NCBI GenBank assembly: GCA_002269645.1
Contig: NIVC01001566.1
Coordinates: 62,001 to 126,000 of the forward strand
Length of the DNA stretch: 64,000 nt
DNA from: Macrostomum lignano
Lineage: Eukaryota
Direction of reading: 5' to 3'
Shown here: positions 34,649 to 48,104 of the stretch, piece after piece
Layout: every line of letters starts with the position of its first letter
Numbering within the stretch: the stretch's first letter is position 1
Position numbers and translations under genes: made by a program
The notes under the pieces: model-generated
Seen by the model: only the letters and a program-made list of their open reading frames with translations
Databases searched by the model: none
Told to the model about the DNA's origin: nothing

Positions 34649-37600
34649 ATTTCGACAACTCCTCCTTGAATAGTGGCAACTCAGCGTTGAAACTTATATG
34701 GGAAGATTGGAAATTATCCGAGGTCGGCTATAGGCTATTTTAATTCTGAAATTTTAATTTCTAAGATCCTCAAAAAAGCAGAAAACGGCGGTCTTGACCT
34801 TTGATAATCTTAATTGTCCCCTCTTTCTGCTTGGAGCTGAAAATTTGCATGAATTTCAAGTGATTGCGCCACAACTTTTCCCTATCTCTGCAGTGTATTT
34901 TCTCTCCAGTGGGGGATGGGGCGTTCTAAATGGCTGCCTGTGTACAATCGGACCCTGGCTCACTGGCTGACTGTATAGACAATTGCGCAAAGATTTGTGT
35001 TCTAATTTTCAATAGGCAGCCCTGTGATTTTGTTGAACCTTGAAATTCAATGCATAAACTTGCGGGCCTCTTTAGCAGGCAGTGAACGTACAATTGATAT
35101 TTCAATGCTTTAAATCAGAAAGTTTCAAACGCAAACTGTTGCTCGAGTTTTTAACTTTGAGAGAAAAAATTAATATTGCTGGAAAGAACTTGCAAAGCTG
35201 ATTTCAGGGATATAAATTGTTTGCTTTAAATATGAAAAGAAAAAGCACAGCATTAAAAAAACTATTTCCATACTTTTAACTTTCTGCAAAAATTGTACTC
35301 AGTTTTGCGAGACGTAATAGATAAAGTTGGGGGGAGAGTTCAACTTCTCACTGCTGCTGTGTATTGGAGGGTTGATTTAGATTGCGCAATGTTTTTGTTA
35401 ACTTTAACTTAGACTGATACTGACTGACTGTGAAATCGGTTGCGCAATGAATTGATTCAATTAGTTCAATATTTTTATCAGCGCCTTTTAACACGAAGCT
35501 GTGCGTAGTTCTAACCCTAACCCTAACCCTAACCAATGAATCCGGAGTTGAGTTGTTTGACGGAAAAAATTCGATTGAGTCCAGTTTAGCGGAGACGATT
35601 TCAACGTTTTAATTTTGACGGAGAGGATTTCTGTTTCGTGGAGAGGATTTCTGTTTCGTGGAGAGGATTTCGATGATGTTCAGTTTCACGAAGAGAGGAT
35701 TTCGATGATGTTCAGTTTCACGAAGAGAGGATTTCGATGATGTTCAGCTTCACGGAGAGGATTTCTGTTTCGCGGAGATAATTTATAATTGATTTCTGTT
35801 TTATGAAGACCATTTTGATGGATTTAAGTTTTAATGAGAGGATTTCGAAGGAGTCCAGTTTTACGGAGAGGATTTCGATGGTTTTCAGTTGCACAGACAA
35901 GATTTCTGCTTCGCAGAGAGGATCTTGATGGATTTGGCATCTTCAATCAGTCAGAGAAGAGAGTAAAGAGAAGAATGAAAAGAGAAGAGCGATGACATGA
36001 TAGAAAACAGAGTAGAAATGAATGGAGAGATTAGACATGACAGATGGGAGAGAAGAGGGGAGTAAGGCGGGAACGAAGAGGGAGAGAGAAGAGAAGAGGA
36101 GAGAGGAGATGAGAGGGGAGATATGAGATAGCAAAGGGAGACAAGAGAGATAATAGGAGAGAGAATAGATGAGGGATAAGAGCGTACAGAGGAAATAGAA
36201 GAGAGGGGAGAGTAGAGGAGAAAGAAAGAGTGAGATGAGGGATGAGAGATGAGAGAGCAAAGGAGAGAGAAGAGAAGAGAAAAGAGGGGAGAAAGGAGAC
36301 AGGAGAGAGAGCAGACGAAAGACCAGGGAGAAGATATAAATAAGGTAGTAGAGATGAGAGGAGAGAGAGGAGAGAGAAGCGAAAGGAGAAGAGAGTGAGG
36401 AGAGAGGAGAGAGATGAAAGATCAGAGATGAGAGAGTTAAGAGAGGAAAGTAGTGAGGAGAGGAGAGATAAGAGATGCGATGAGAAGAGATGCGTGAGAA
36501 CATAAGAGAGAAGAGATTAGAGATTAGAGAAGAGAGGGGAGAAGATCAAAGGAGCAAGGAGAGGAGAAAAGAGAGAATGGAGAGGATATAAAAGAGAGAA
36601 GAGAAGAGACAGGGGATAGTGGAAAGAAGGAAAGAAAGATGGGAGACAAGAAAGTAGAGTGTGAGAGCGTATATGAGATATGAGAAATGAGAAGCAGATA
36701 GGAGAGAAAAGAGAAGAGAGACAGAGAGGGTTAAGAGAGACGATAGATAAGTAAGGAGAGATGACATATGAGAGAGGAGAGAAGAGGAAGAGATAAGAGA
36801 GGAGACAGGAGACAGAAGTGAAGAGGAGAGATATGAGAGAAGAGAGGAGACAAGAGACAGGAGAGGGTACAAACGAAAGACGAGGGAGTAGAGATAAATA
36901 AGAGAGTAGGGGTAGAGATGAGATGAGAGAGAGGAGAGAGAAGCGAGTCACGATAATAGCGAAGAGAGGAGAGAGTAGATATGAGAGACGTAAGAGTCTT
37001 TGAGCTAAGGTCTTTGAAAGGTTTGTAAAGAATTTGGAGACGATTTGGAAGATGGGATTCAAGACATGGAATTTCAGTTGATGGATAATTCAGGGAATGG
37101 AATTCCGGTGATGGGAGTTCTTCCCCTTTCTCCTCCGAAGGAGGAGTTCCACTCGTCTTAATACTAAAACTGGTGCGTTGTTTGTCTGTGTGTGTGTGTG
37201 TTTGTTGGATATCTCCTCCTAGAATACTTGCAAGTCAGCGTTGAAACTTATGTGGGAAAACTGCAAATTTTCCGAGGATGGCTTTAGGCTATTTTAATCT
37301 TTTATTTTTACATTTTAAGATCCCTAAAAAAGCAGAAAACGGCAATTCTGACCTTTGATAATCTTAATTGTCCTCTCTTTCCGCTCGGAGCTGAAAATTT
37401 GCATGAATTTTGAGTGATTACGCAACAACTTTTTCCTATCTCGGCAGTGTATTTTCTCTCCAGTGGGGGGATGGGGGCGTTCTCAGTGGCGGCGTGTGTA
37501 CACTTGGACCCTGGCTCACTGGCTGACTGTATAGATAATTGCGCAATGATTTGGCTACTGATAAGTTTTCTTGCCTCTCAATGGGCAGCCCTGTGTATTT

Positions 37601-39539
37601 GTTGGACATTGAAATTCAATGCATCAGCTAGCAAGCAGGTAGTTAACGTACACTCGATACTTCAATGCTATAAATCAGACAGTTTCAAACGCTAACTGCT
37701 CTTCGAGTTCTAAATGTTAAGAGAAGAGACTTATACTGCTGAATAGATCTTGCAACACTGAGTTCGAGGATATAAATTGTTTGCTTTAAATAGAAAAACT
37801 AAAAGCACAGCATCAAAAAAACTATTTCCAGACTTTTAGCTTTCTGCAAAGATTGTACTCATTTTGGGGTTCAATGGGCGTTCGACCGACCCCCCAACAG
37901 TTGGGGGTTCAATTTCTAACTGCCACTGCGTAGTGGAAGGGGGTCGGGCGCTGTGTACTGGAGGGTTGATTTAGATTGCGCAAACTTTTTGTTAACTTGA
38001 ACTGAGACTGATACTGACTGACTGTGAAATCGGTTGCGCCATCAATTTGTTTTATTATCTGTGCCTTTCAATAGGCTGCCCTGTGAAGTTTTGGACATTG
38101 AAATTCAATGCATAAACTTGCGAGCCTCTTTAGCAGGCAGTGAACGTACACTCGATATTTCAATGCTTTAAATCAGAAAGTTTCAAACGCAAACTGTTGC
38201 TCGAGTTTCTAACTTTGATAGGAGAAACTTATATTGCTGGAAAGATCTTGCAACGCTGAGTTCGGGGATATAATTTGTTATCTTTAAATATGAAAAGAAA
38301 AAGCACAGCATTTAAAAAAAACTATTTCCATGCTTTTAATTTTCTGCAAAAATTGTTCTCAGTTTTGCGAGACGTAATAGATAAAGTTGGGGGGGAGGGT
38401 TCAACTTCTCACTGCTGCTGTGTATTGGAGGGTTGATTTAGATTGCGCAATGTTTTTGTTAACTTTAACTGAGACTGATACTGACTGACTGAGAAATCGG
38501 TTGCGCAATGAATTGATTCAATTAGTTCAATATTTTTATCAGTGCCTTTTAACACGAAGCTGTGCGTAGTTCTAACCCTAACCCTAACCCTAACCCTAAC
38601 CAATGAATCTGGAGAGTTGAGTTGTTTGACGGAAAAAATCGATTGAGTCCAGTTTAGCGGAGACGATTTCAATGTTTTAATTTTGACGGAGAGGATTTCT
38701 GTTTGGTGGAGAGGATTTCTATTTCTCGGAGGGGATTTTGATGAATGTCAGTTTCACGGAGAGGTGTTTGATGGAGTTCTCTTTTACGGAGAAGATTTCG
38801 ATGATGTTCAGTTTCGCGGAGAGGAGTTGGATGATGGGATTCAGGGAATGGCATTTCAGGGAATGGAGTACCGGTGATGGGAATTCTTCCCCTTTCTCCT
38901 CCAGAGGAGGAGTTGGCCTCGTATATACTAAAAATGAAAATCTTGCTTGCTTGTTTGCTTGCTTGTAATCGATTAGAGAAAAAATGGCTTAACCGATTTT
39001 CATGAGACTTGCACTGTTCGATCAGAAATTTTCCCGTGACGGTACATGCATCGTGGCTAAGAAATTGCTCGATGCTAAAGGCATTAAATATTCGAAAAAC
39101 ATGCTTTTTTGCAAAGGTCAAGCAAACTTTTCGACTTGAAATGCATTGTAAGAATGCTAGAGAAAAAACTGACTGGTTGAATTCTGATTCTGAAATAGAT
39201 TGCATCATCACTGAATTGTAACTCCGACTTGAATTGAAAATGTAGTGTGGAAGCGTAGCACCAGACTTGATTTAAATTGCGTAACCATATTGTTAACTGA
39301 TACTGACTGACTGAGAAACTGATTATGTCATAACTGCCTCGTGTGATTTACTCTATGCTTGGATTTTAAAGTGTTGAATTATATAAGTGCAAAATTTGAT
39401 GTTATCAAAACGATGAGAGCTAGCCTAGAGGTGAACAAACTGAACTGCCAAATGCAGCGACGATGGTTCGAATTTTCATAGAGTATAATTTTTTTAATTA
39501 AAGCTTTTCAACTTCATGAAAACTAAAAGACTTTTTAAA

Positions 39540-42375
39540 AAGAAGCGCCATGTAAAAAATCGTAAAAGCGTTATATAAAAATCATAGAAGCGTCATGTAA
39601 ATAATCATAGAATCGCCATGTAAAAATCGTAAAAGCGTTATATAAAAATCATGGAAGTGTAATGTAAAAATCATAGAAGCGTCATGTAAAAAATCATAGA
39701 AGCGTCATGTAAAAAATCATAAAAGCGTCATGAAAAAATCATAGAAGCGTCATGTAAACAATCATAGAAGCGTCATGCAAACAATCATAGAAGCGTCATG
39801 TAAAAATCATAGAAGCGTCATGAAAAAATCATAGAAGCGTCATGTAAACAATCATAGAAGCGTCATGCAAACAATCATAGAAGCGTCATGTAAAAGTCAA
39901 AAAAGCGTCATAAAAAATCATAGAAGCGTCATGAAAAAATCATGGAAGCGTCATGAAAAAATCATAGAAGCGTCATGTAATAATCATAGAAGCGTCATGC
40001 AAAAATCATAGAAGCGTCATGAAAAAATCATAGAAGCGTCATGTAAAAATCATAGAACCGTCATGCAAACAATCATAGTAGCGTCATTAAAAATCATAGA
40101 AGCGTCATGCAAACAATCATAGTAGCGTCATGTAAAAATCATAGAAGCGTCATGCAGACAATCATAGTAGCGTCATTTAAAAAATCATAGAAGCGTCGTG
40201 TAAACAATCATAGAAGCGTCATGTAAAAGTCAAAATAGCGTCATAAAAAATCATAGAAGCGTCATAAAAAATCATCGAAGTGACATGAAAAAATCATAGA
40301 AGCGTAATGTAAAAAATCATAGAAGCGTCATGAAAAAATCATAGAAGTGACATGAAAAAACCATTAATGCGTCATGTAAAAAATCATAGAAGCGTCATGT
40401 AAACAATCATAGAAGCGTCATGTAAACAATCATAGAAGCGTCATGAAAAAATCATAGAAGCGTCATGTAAAAAAAGCATAAAAGCGTCATGTAAAAAATC
40501 ATAGAAGCGTCATGTAAACAATCATAGAAGCGTCATAAAAAAACCATAGAAGCGTCATGTAAACAAGCATAGAAGCGTCATGTAAAAATCATAGAAGCGT
40601 CATGTAAACAATCATAGAAGCGTCATGTAAAAATCATAGAAGCGTCATGTAAAAAAATCATAGAAGCGTCATGTAAACAAGCATAGAAGCGTCGTGTAAA
40701 AATCAAAGAAGCGTCATGTAAACAATCATAGAAGCGTCATGTAAACAATCATAGAAGCGTCATAAAAAAACCATAGAAGCGTCATGTAAACAATCATAGA
40801 AGCGTCATAAAAAAACCATAGAAGCGTCATGTAAACAAGCATAGAAGCGTCATGTAAACAATCATAGAAGCGTCATGTAAACAATCATAGAAGCGTCATG
40901 TAAAAAATCATAGAAGCGTCATGTAAACAATCATAGAAGCGTCATGTAAAAAATCATAGAAGCGTCATGTAAACAAGCATAGAAGCGTCATGTAAACAAG
41001 CATAGAAGCGTCATGTAAAAAATCATAGAAGCGTCATGTAAACAATCATAGAAGCGTCATGTAAAAATCATAGAAGCGTCATGAAAAAATCATAGAAGCG
41101 TCATGTAAACAATCATAGAAGCGTCATGCAAACAATCATAGAAGCGTCATGTAAAAATCATGGAAGCGTCATGAAAAAATCATAGAAGCGTCATGTAAAC
41201 AATCATAGAAGCGTCATGCAAACAATCATAGAAGCGTCATGTAAAAGTCAAAAAAGCGTCATAAAAAATCATAGAAGCGTCATGAAAAAATCATGGAAGC
41301 GTCATGAAAAAATCATAGAAGCGTCATGTAAACAATCATAGAAGCGTCATGCAAAAATCATAGAAGCGTCATGAAAAAATCATAGAAGCGTCATGTAAAA
41401 ATCATAGAAGCGTCATGTAAACAATCATAGTAGCGTCATTAAAAATCATAGAAGCGTCATGCAAACAATCATAGTAGCGTCATGTAAAAATCATAGAAGC
41501 GTCATGCAGACAATCATAGTAGCGTCATTTAAAAAATCATAGAAGCGTCGTGTAAACAATCATAGAAGCGTCATGTAAAAGTCAAAATAGCGTCATAAAA
41601 AATCATAGAAGCGTCATAAAAAATCATCGAAGTGACATGAAAAAATCATAGAAGCGTAATGTAAAAAATCATAGAAGCGTCATGAAAAAATCATAGAAGT
41701 GACATGAAAAAACCATTAATGCGTCATGTAAAAAATCATGGAAGCGTCATGCAAAAATCATAGAAGCGTCATGAAAAAATCATAGAAGCGTCATGTAAAA
41801 ATCATAGTAGCGTCATGTAAAAATCATAGAAGCGTCATGTAAAAAATCATAGAAGCGTCATGTAAACAATCATAGAAGCGTCATGTAAACAATCATAGAA
41901 GCGTCATGTAAAAAATCATAGAAGCGTCATGAAAAAATCATAGAAGCGTCATGTAAACAATCATAGAAGCGTCATGCAAACAATCATAGAAGCGTCATGT
42001 AAAAATCATAGAAGCGTCATGAAAAAATCATAGAAGCGTCATGTAAACAATCATAGAAGCGTCATGCAAACAATCATAGAAGCGTCATGTAAAAGTCAAA
42101 AAAGCGTCATAAAAAATCATAGAAGCGTCATGAAAAAATCATGGAAGCGTCATGAAAAAATCATAGAAGCGTCATGTAATAATCATAGAAGCGTCATGCA
42201 AAAATCATAGAAGCGTCATGAAAAAATCATAGAAGCGTCATGTAAAAATCATAGAACCGTCATGCAAACAATCATAGTAGCGTCATTAAAAATCATAGAA
42301 GCGTCATGCAAACAATCATAGTAGCGTCATGTAAAAATCATAGAAGCGTCATGCAGACAATCATAGTAGCGTCAT
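39540..42375. repeat. ~23-bp satellite block 1 (AATCATAGAAGCGTCATGTAAAA/C)n
   Basis: More than 100 tandem copies visible. Confidence 0.98.
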
Positions 42376-43009
42376 ACGAGTTCCACTCGTATATACTAAA
42401 AATGAAAATCTTGCTTGCTTGTTTGCTTGCTTGTAATCGATTAGAGAAAAAATGGCTTAACCGATTTTCATGAGACTTGCACTGTTCGATCAGAAATTTT
42501 CCCGTGACGGTACATGCATCGTGGCTAAGAAATTGCTCGATGCTAAAGGCATTAAATATTCGAAAAACATGCTTTTTTGCAAAGGTCAAGCAAACTTTTC
42601 GACTTGAAATGCATTGTAAGAATGCTAGAGAAAAAACTGACTGGTTGAATTCTGATTCTGAAATAGATTGCATCATCACTGAATTGTAACTCCGACTTGA
42701 ATTGAAAATGTAGTGTGGAAGCGTAGCACCAGACTTGATTTAAATTGCGTAACCATATTGTTAACTGATACTGACTGACTGAGAAACTGATTATGTCATA
42801 ACTGCCTCGTGTGATTTACTCTATGCTTGGATTTTAAAGTGTTGAATTATATAAGTGCAAAATTTGATGTTATCAAAACGATGAGAGCTAGCCTAGAGGT
42901 GAACAAACTGAACTGCCAAATGCAGCGACGATGGTTCGAATTTTCATAGAGTATAATTTTTTTAATTAAAGCTTTTCAACTTCATGAAAACTAAAAGACT
43001 TTTTAAAAA

Positions 43010-46000
43010 GAAGCGCCATGTAAAAAATCGTAAAAGCGTTATATAAAAATCATAGAAGCGTCATGTAAATAATCATAGAATCGCCATGTAAAAATCGTAA
43101 AAGCGTTATATAAAAGTCAAAAAAGCGTCATAAAAAATCATAGAAGCGTCATGAAAAAATCATGGAAGCGTCATGAAAAAATCATAGAAGCGTCATGTAA
43201 ACAATCATAGAAGCGTCATGCAAAAATCATAGAAGCGTCATGAAAAAATCATAGAAGCGTCATGAAAAAATCATAGAACCGTCATGTAAACAATCATAGT
43301 AGCGTCATTAAAAATCATAGAAGCGTCATGCAAACAATCATAGTAGCGTCATGTAAAAATCATAGAAGCGTCATGCAGACAATCATAGTAGCGTCATTTA
43401 AAAAATCATAGAAGCGTCGTGTAAACAATCATAGAAGCGTCATGTAAAAGTCAAAATAGCGTCATAAAAAATCATAGAAGCGTCATAAAAAATCATCGAA
43501 GTGACATGAAAAAATCATAGAAGCGTAATGTAAAAAATCATAGAAGCGTCATGAAAAAATCATAGAAGTGACATGAAAAAACCATTAATGCGTCATGTAA
43601 AAAATCATGGAAGCGTCATGCAAAAATCATAGAAGCGTCATGAAAAAATCATAGAAGCGTCATGTAAAAATCATAGTAGCGTCATGTAAAAATCATAGAA
43701 GCGTCATGTAAAAAATCATAGAAGCGTCATGTAAACAATCATAGAAGCGTCATGTAAACAATCATAGAAGCGTCATGTAAAAAATCATAGAAGCGTCATG
43801 AAAATATCATAGAAGCGTCATGTAAACAATCATAGAAGCGTCATGCAAACAATCATAGAAGCGTCATGTAAAAATCATAGAAGCGTCATGAAAAAATCAT
43901 AGAAGCGTCATGTAAACAATCATAGAAGCGTCATGCAAACAATCATAGAAGCGTCATGTAAAAGTCAAAAAAGCGTCATAAAAAATCATAGAAGCGTCAT
44001 GAAAAAATCATGGAAGCGTCATGAAAAAATCATAGAAGCGTCATGTAATAATCATAGAAGCGTCATGCAAAAATCATAGAAGCGTCATGAAAAAATCATA
44101 GAAGCGTCATGTAAAAATCATAGAACCGTCATGCAAACAATCATAGTAGCGTCATTAAAAATCATAGAAGCGTCATGCAAACAATCATAGTAGCGTCATG
44201 TAAAAATCATAGAAGCGTCATGCAGACAATCATAGTAGCGTCATTTAAAAAATCATAGAAGCGTCATGTAAACAATCATAGAAGCGTCATGTAAAAGTCA
44301 AAATAGCGTCATAAAAAATCATAGAAGCGTCATAAAAAATCATCGAAGTGACATGAAAAAATCATAGAAGCGTAATGTAAAAAATCATAGAAGCGTCATG
44401 AAAAAATCATAGAAGTGACATGAAAAAACCATTAATGCGTCATGTAAAAAATCATAGAAGCGTCATGTAAACAATCATAGAAGCGTCATGTAAACAATCA
44501 TAGAAGCGTCATGAAAAAATCATAGAAGCGTCATGTAAAAAAAGCATAAAAGCGTCATGTAAAAAATCATAGAAGCGTCATGTAAACAATCATAGAAGCG
44601 TCATAAAAAAACCATAGAAGCGTCATGTAAACAAGCATAGAAGCGTCATGTAAAAATCATAGAAGCGTCATGTAAACAATCATAGAAGCGTCATGTAAAC
44701 AATCATAGAAGCGTCATGTAAAAATCATAGAAGCGTCATGTAAAAAAATCATAGAAGCGTCATGTAAACAAGCATAGAAGCGTCATGTAAAAATCAAAGA
44801 AGCGTCATGTAAACAATCATAGAAGCGTCATGTAAACAATCATAGAAGCGTCATAAAAAAACCATAGAAGCGTCATGTAAACAATCATAGAAGCGTCATA
44901 AAAAAACCATAGAAGCGTCATGTAAACAAGCATAGAAGCGTCATGTAAACAATCATAGAAGCGTCATGCAAACAATCATAGAAGCGTCATGTAAAAGTCA
45001 AAAAAGCGTCATAAAAAATCATAGAAGCGTCATGAAAAAATCATGGAAGCGTCATGAAAAAATCATAGAAGCGTCATGTAAACAATCATAGAAGCGTCAT
45101 GCAAAAATCATAGAAGCGTCATGAAAAAATCATAGAAGCGTCATGTAAAAATCATAGAACCGTCATGTAAACAATCATAGTAGCGTCATTAAAAATCATA
45201 GAAGCGTCATGCAAACAATCATAGTAGCGTCATGTAAAAATCATAGAAGCGTCATGCAGACAATCATAGTAGCGTCATTTAAAAAATCATAGAAGCGTCG
45301 TGTAAACAATCATAGAAGCGTCATGTAAAAGTCAAAATAGCGTCATAAAAAATCATAGAAGCGTCATAAAAAATCATCGAAGTGACATGAAAAAATCATA
45401 GAAGCGTAATGTAAAAAATCATAGAAGCGTCATGAAAAAATCATAGAAGTGACATGAAAAAACCATTAATGCGTCATGTAAAAAATCATGGAAGCGTCAT
45501 GCAAAAATCATAGAAGCGTCATGAAAAAATCATAGAAGCGTCATGTAAAAATCATAGAAGCGTCATGTAAAAATCATAGAAGCGTCATGTAAAAATCATA
45601 GAAGCGTCATGTAAAAAATCATAGAAGCGTCATGTAAACAATCATAGAAGCGTCATGAAAAAATCATAGAAGCGTCATGTAAAAAATCATAGAAGCGTCA
45701 TGTAAACAATCATAGAAGCGTCATAAAAAAACCATAGAAGCGTCATGTAAACAAGCATAGAAGCGTCATGTAAAAATCATAGAAGCGTCATGTAAACAAT
45801 CATAGAAGCGTCATGTAAACAATCATAGAAGCGTCATGTAAAAATCATAGAAGCGTCATGTAAAAAAATCATAGAAGCGTCATGTAAACAAGCATAGAAG
45901 CGTCATGTAAAAATCAAAGAAGCGTCATGTAAACAATCATAGAAGCGTCATGTAAACAATCATAGAAGCGTCATAAAAAAACCATAGAAGCGTCATGTAA

Positions 46001-46620
46001 ACAATCATAGAAGCGTCATAAAAAAACCATAGAAGCGTCATGTAAACAAGCATAGAAGCGTCATGTAAACAATCATAGAAGCGTCATGTAAAAATCATAG
46101 AAGCGTCATGAAAAAATCATAGAAGTGTCATGTAAACAATCATAGAAGCGTCATGCAAACAATCATGCATGCAAACAACTCATGGACAGATTCATCATGT
46201 AAACAATCATAGAAGCGTCATGTAAACAATCATAGAAGCGTCATGTAAACAATCATAGAAGAGTCATGTAAACAATCATAGAAGCGTCATGTAAACAATC
46301 ATAGAAGCGTCATGTAAACAAGCATAGAAGCGTCATGTAAACAAGCATAGAAGCGTCATGTAAAAAATCATAAAAGCGTCATGTAAAAAATCCTAAAAGC
46401 GTCATTTAAAAAATCATAGTTGCGTCATGTAAAAATCATAGAAGTGTCATGCAAACAATAATAGAAGCGTCATGGTAAAATCATAGAAGCGTCATGCAAA
46501 CAATCATAGAAGCCTCATATAAAAACTAATGAAAGTGTCATTTAAAAAATTAAGAAGAATAATGGAAGAATAAAAGAAGCGTCATGTAAAAATCAAAAGA
46601 AGCGCCATGTCAGACATGAA
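43010..46620. repeat. ~23-bp satellite block 2
   Basis: Same unit. Preceded by a copy (42390-43100) of the non-repetitive head at 38922-39640, offset 3468. Confidence 0.98.
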
Positions 46621-47424
46621 AGGTGTCATATAAAAATTAAATGAAGCTATAGTACAGTGCTGTGCTGGGGAGAATTACTGAGACGTCAAGGCTCACAGAG
46701 AATAACTGAGATTACAGGTGGGGGGGGGGTTTCTGAGATGTCAAAGCAAAAGTCAGAAGCTACTTCAAAGTTCATGTACTTTACTCAATTTTTATTACAT
46801 TCATTGTTGGCTCGCCACAGGGGGGGCGCTGATAGAAGCAGAGTCATGTAAAAAATAAAAGTAGCACTATGTATACATATAAGAAAAGTCATGTCGAAGT
46901 TAAAAGATTCATTTGGGAATTGCTACAATGTCAAAGCTTGGTGGAAATCGTTATAGTGCTGTGATTCTTAAAGAAGGAAACACTAAAATGCCAAGGCTTA
47001 GGGGAGAAGAATTGCTGAGATTTCAAGGCTTTAGGTTGGGTTAAAGTTAGGTTTAGGTCAGGTGTGGGTTGAGGGTTATATTTTATCGGGTTTCAAGGTT
47101 AACAGGGGATTTTTTTAGATTTCGAGATTTATGGGGGGCATCGCTGACATGTCAAGGCTTACGGGGGAATAGCTGAGATGTCAAGGCTCACGGGGGTATA
47201 AATGAGATTTCAAGGCTAAAGTCAGAAGCTACATGTAGTTTAATGAAAACTTTTTATTACATTTTTTGTTGGCTCCTCAGGGCTCACTGATAGAAAAAGC
47301 ATAATGTAAAAAATAAAAGAAGCTTCATGTCGAAGCGAAGAGATTCATTTGGGAATCCCTACGAGGGAATCGCTATAACGCTGTAGTAGTGCTATAATGA
47401 CTCAGAATTACTGAAATTTCAATG

Positions 47425-47830
47425 CTTTAGGGTTAGGTTAGGGTTAGGGTTAGGGTTAGGCTAGGGTTAGGGTTAGAAGGTTGACAGATTTTTTTAGACT
47501 TCAAGGCTTATTTGGGGCATCGCTGAGATGTCAAGGGGGGAGTTGATTTGTTAAAGCTTGTGGGGGGAATTACTGACATTTCAAGGCTTACAAGGGACTT
47601 CTGAGGTATATTGCAAAGAGATGCTACATGTAGTTTATTACAAAACTTGTACTGTATTTTTGGCTCCCTAACGCTAAGATACTAAGCTAAAAAATACTAC
47701 TAGCTCTTCACAAACTTATGCAGATGTCAGGCTGTAGGGTTAGTGTTAGGGTTGGTATTAGGGTTTAGGTTTAGGGTTAGGTTCAGGGTTATTGCGTTAA
47801 GATTCGGGTTAGGGTTAGGGTTAGGGTAGC
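47425..47830 (+). repeat. Degenerate and perfect TTAGGG tracts in the distal Helitron-like subunits
   Basis: TTAGGG runs at 47425-47480 and 47735-47828; weaker ones near 47030-47080 and 47985-48000. Confidence 0.85.
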
Positions 47831-48104
47831 TTATAACTTGGCTCATTTAGCTTATTAAAAATGTTTATCATGGAAGCATCATGCAAAAATAATGGAAGCG
47901 TCATGCAAAAACAATGGAAGCGTCATGCCAAAAATCATAGAAGCATCGATCATGCAAAAACTCATGGACAAAATATTGAATTTAGGGTTTTGGTTAGGGT
48001 TAGAATTTTGACAGGAGATTTTTTTAAGATTTCAAGGCTACATGTAGCTTATTAAAAATACGTGTATTGCATTTCTTTGGCTCCCCAACGGGGGGCGTAG
48101 ATTG

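Noticed and set aside
28107-37062. Leu/Ser-rich 'membrane protein' ORFs on the minus strand
   Set aside because: Translations of polypyrimidine low-complexity tracts.
47425-47830. True chromosome end
   Set aside because: Tracts are short, degenerate and followed by ordinary genes, so they are interstitial.
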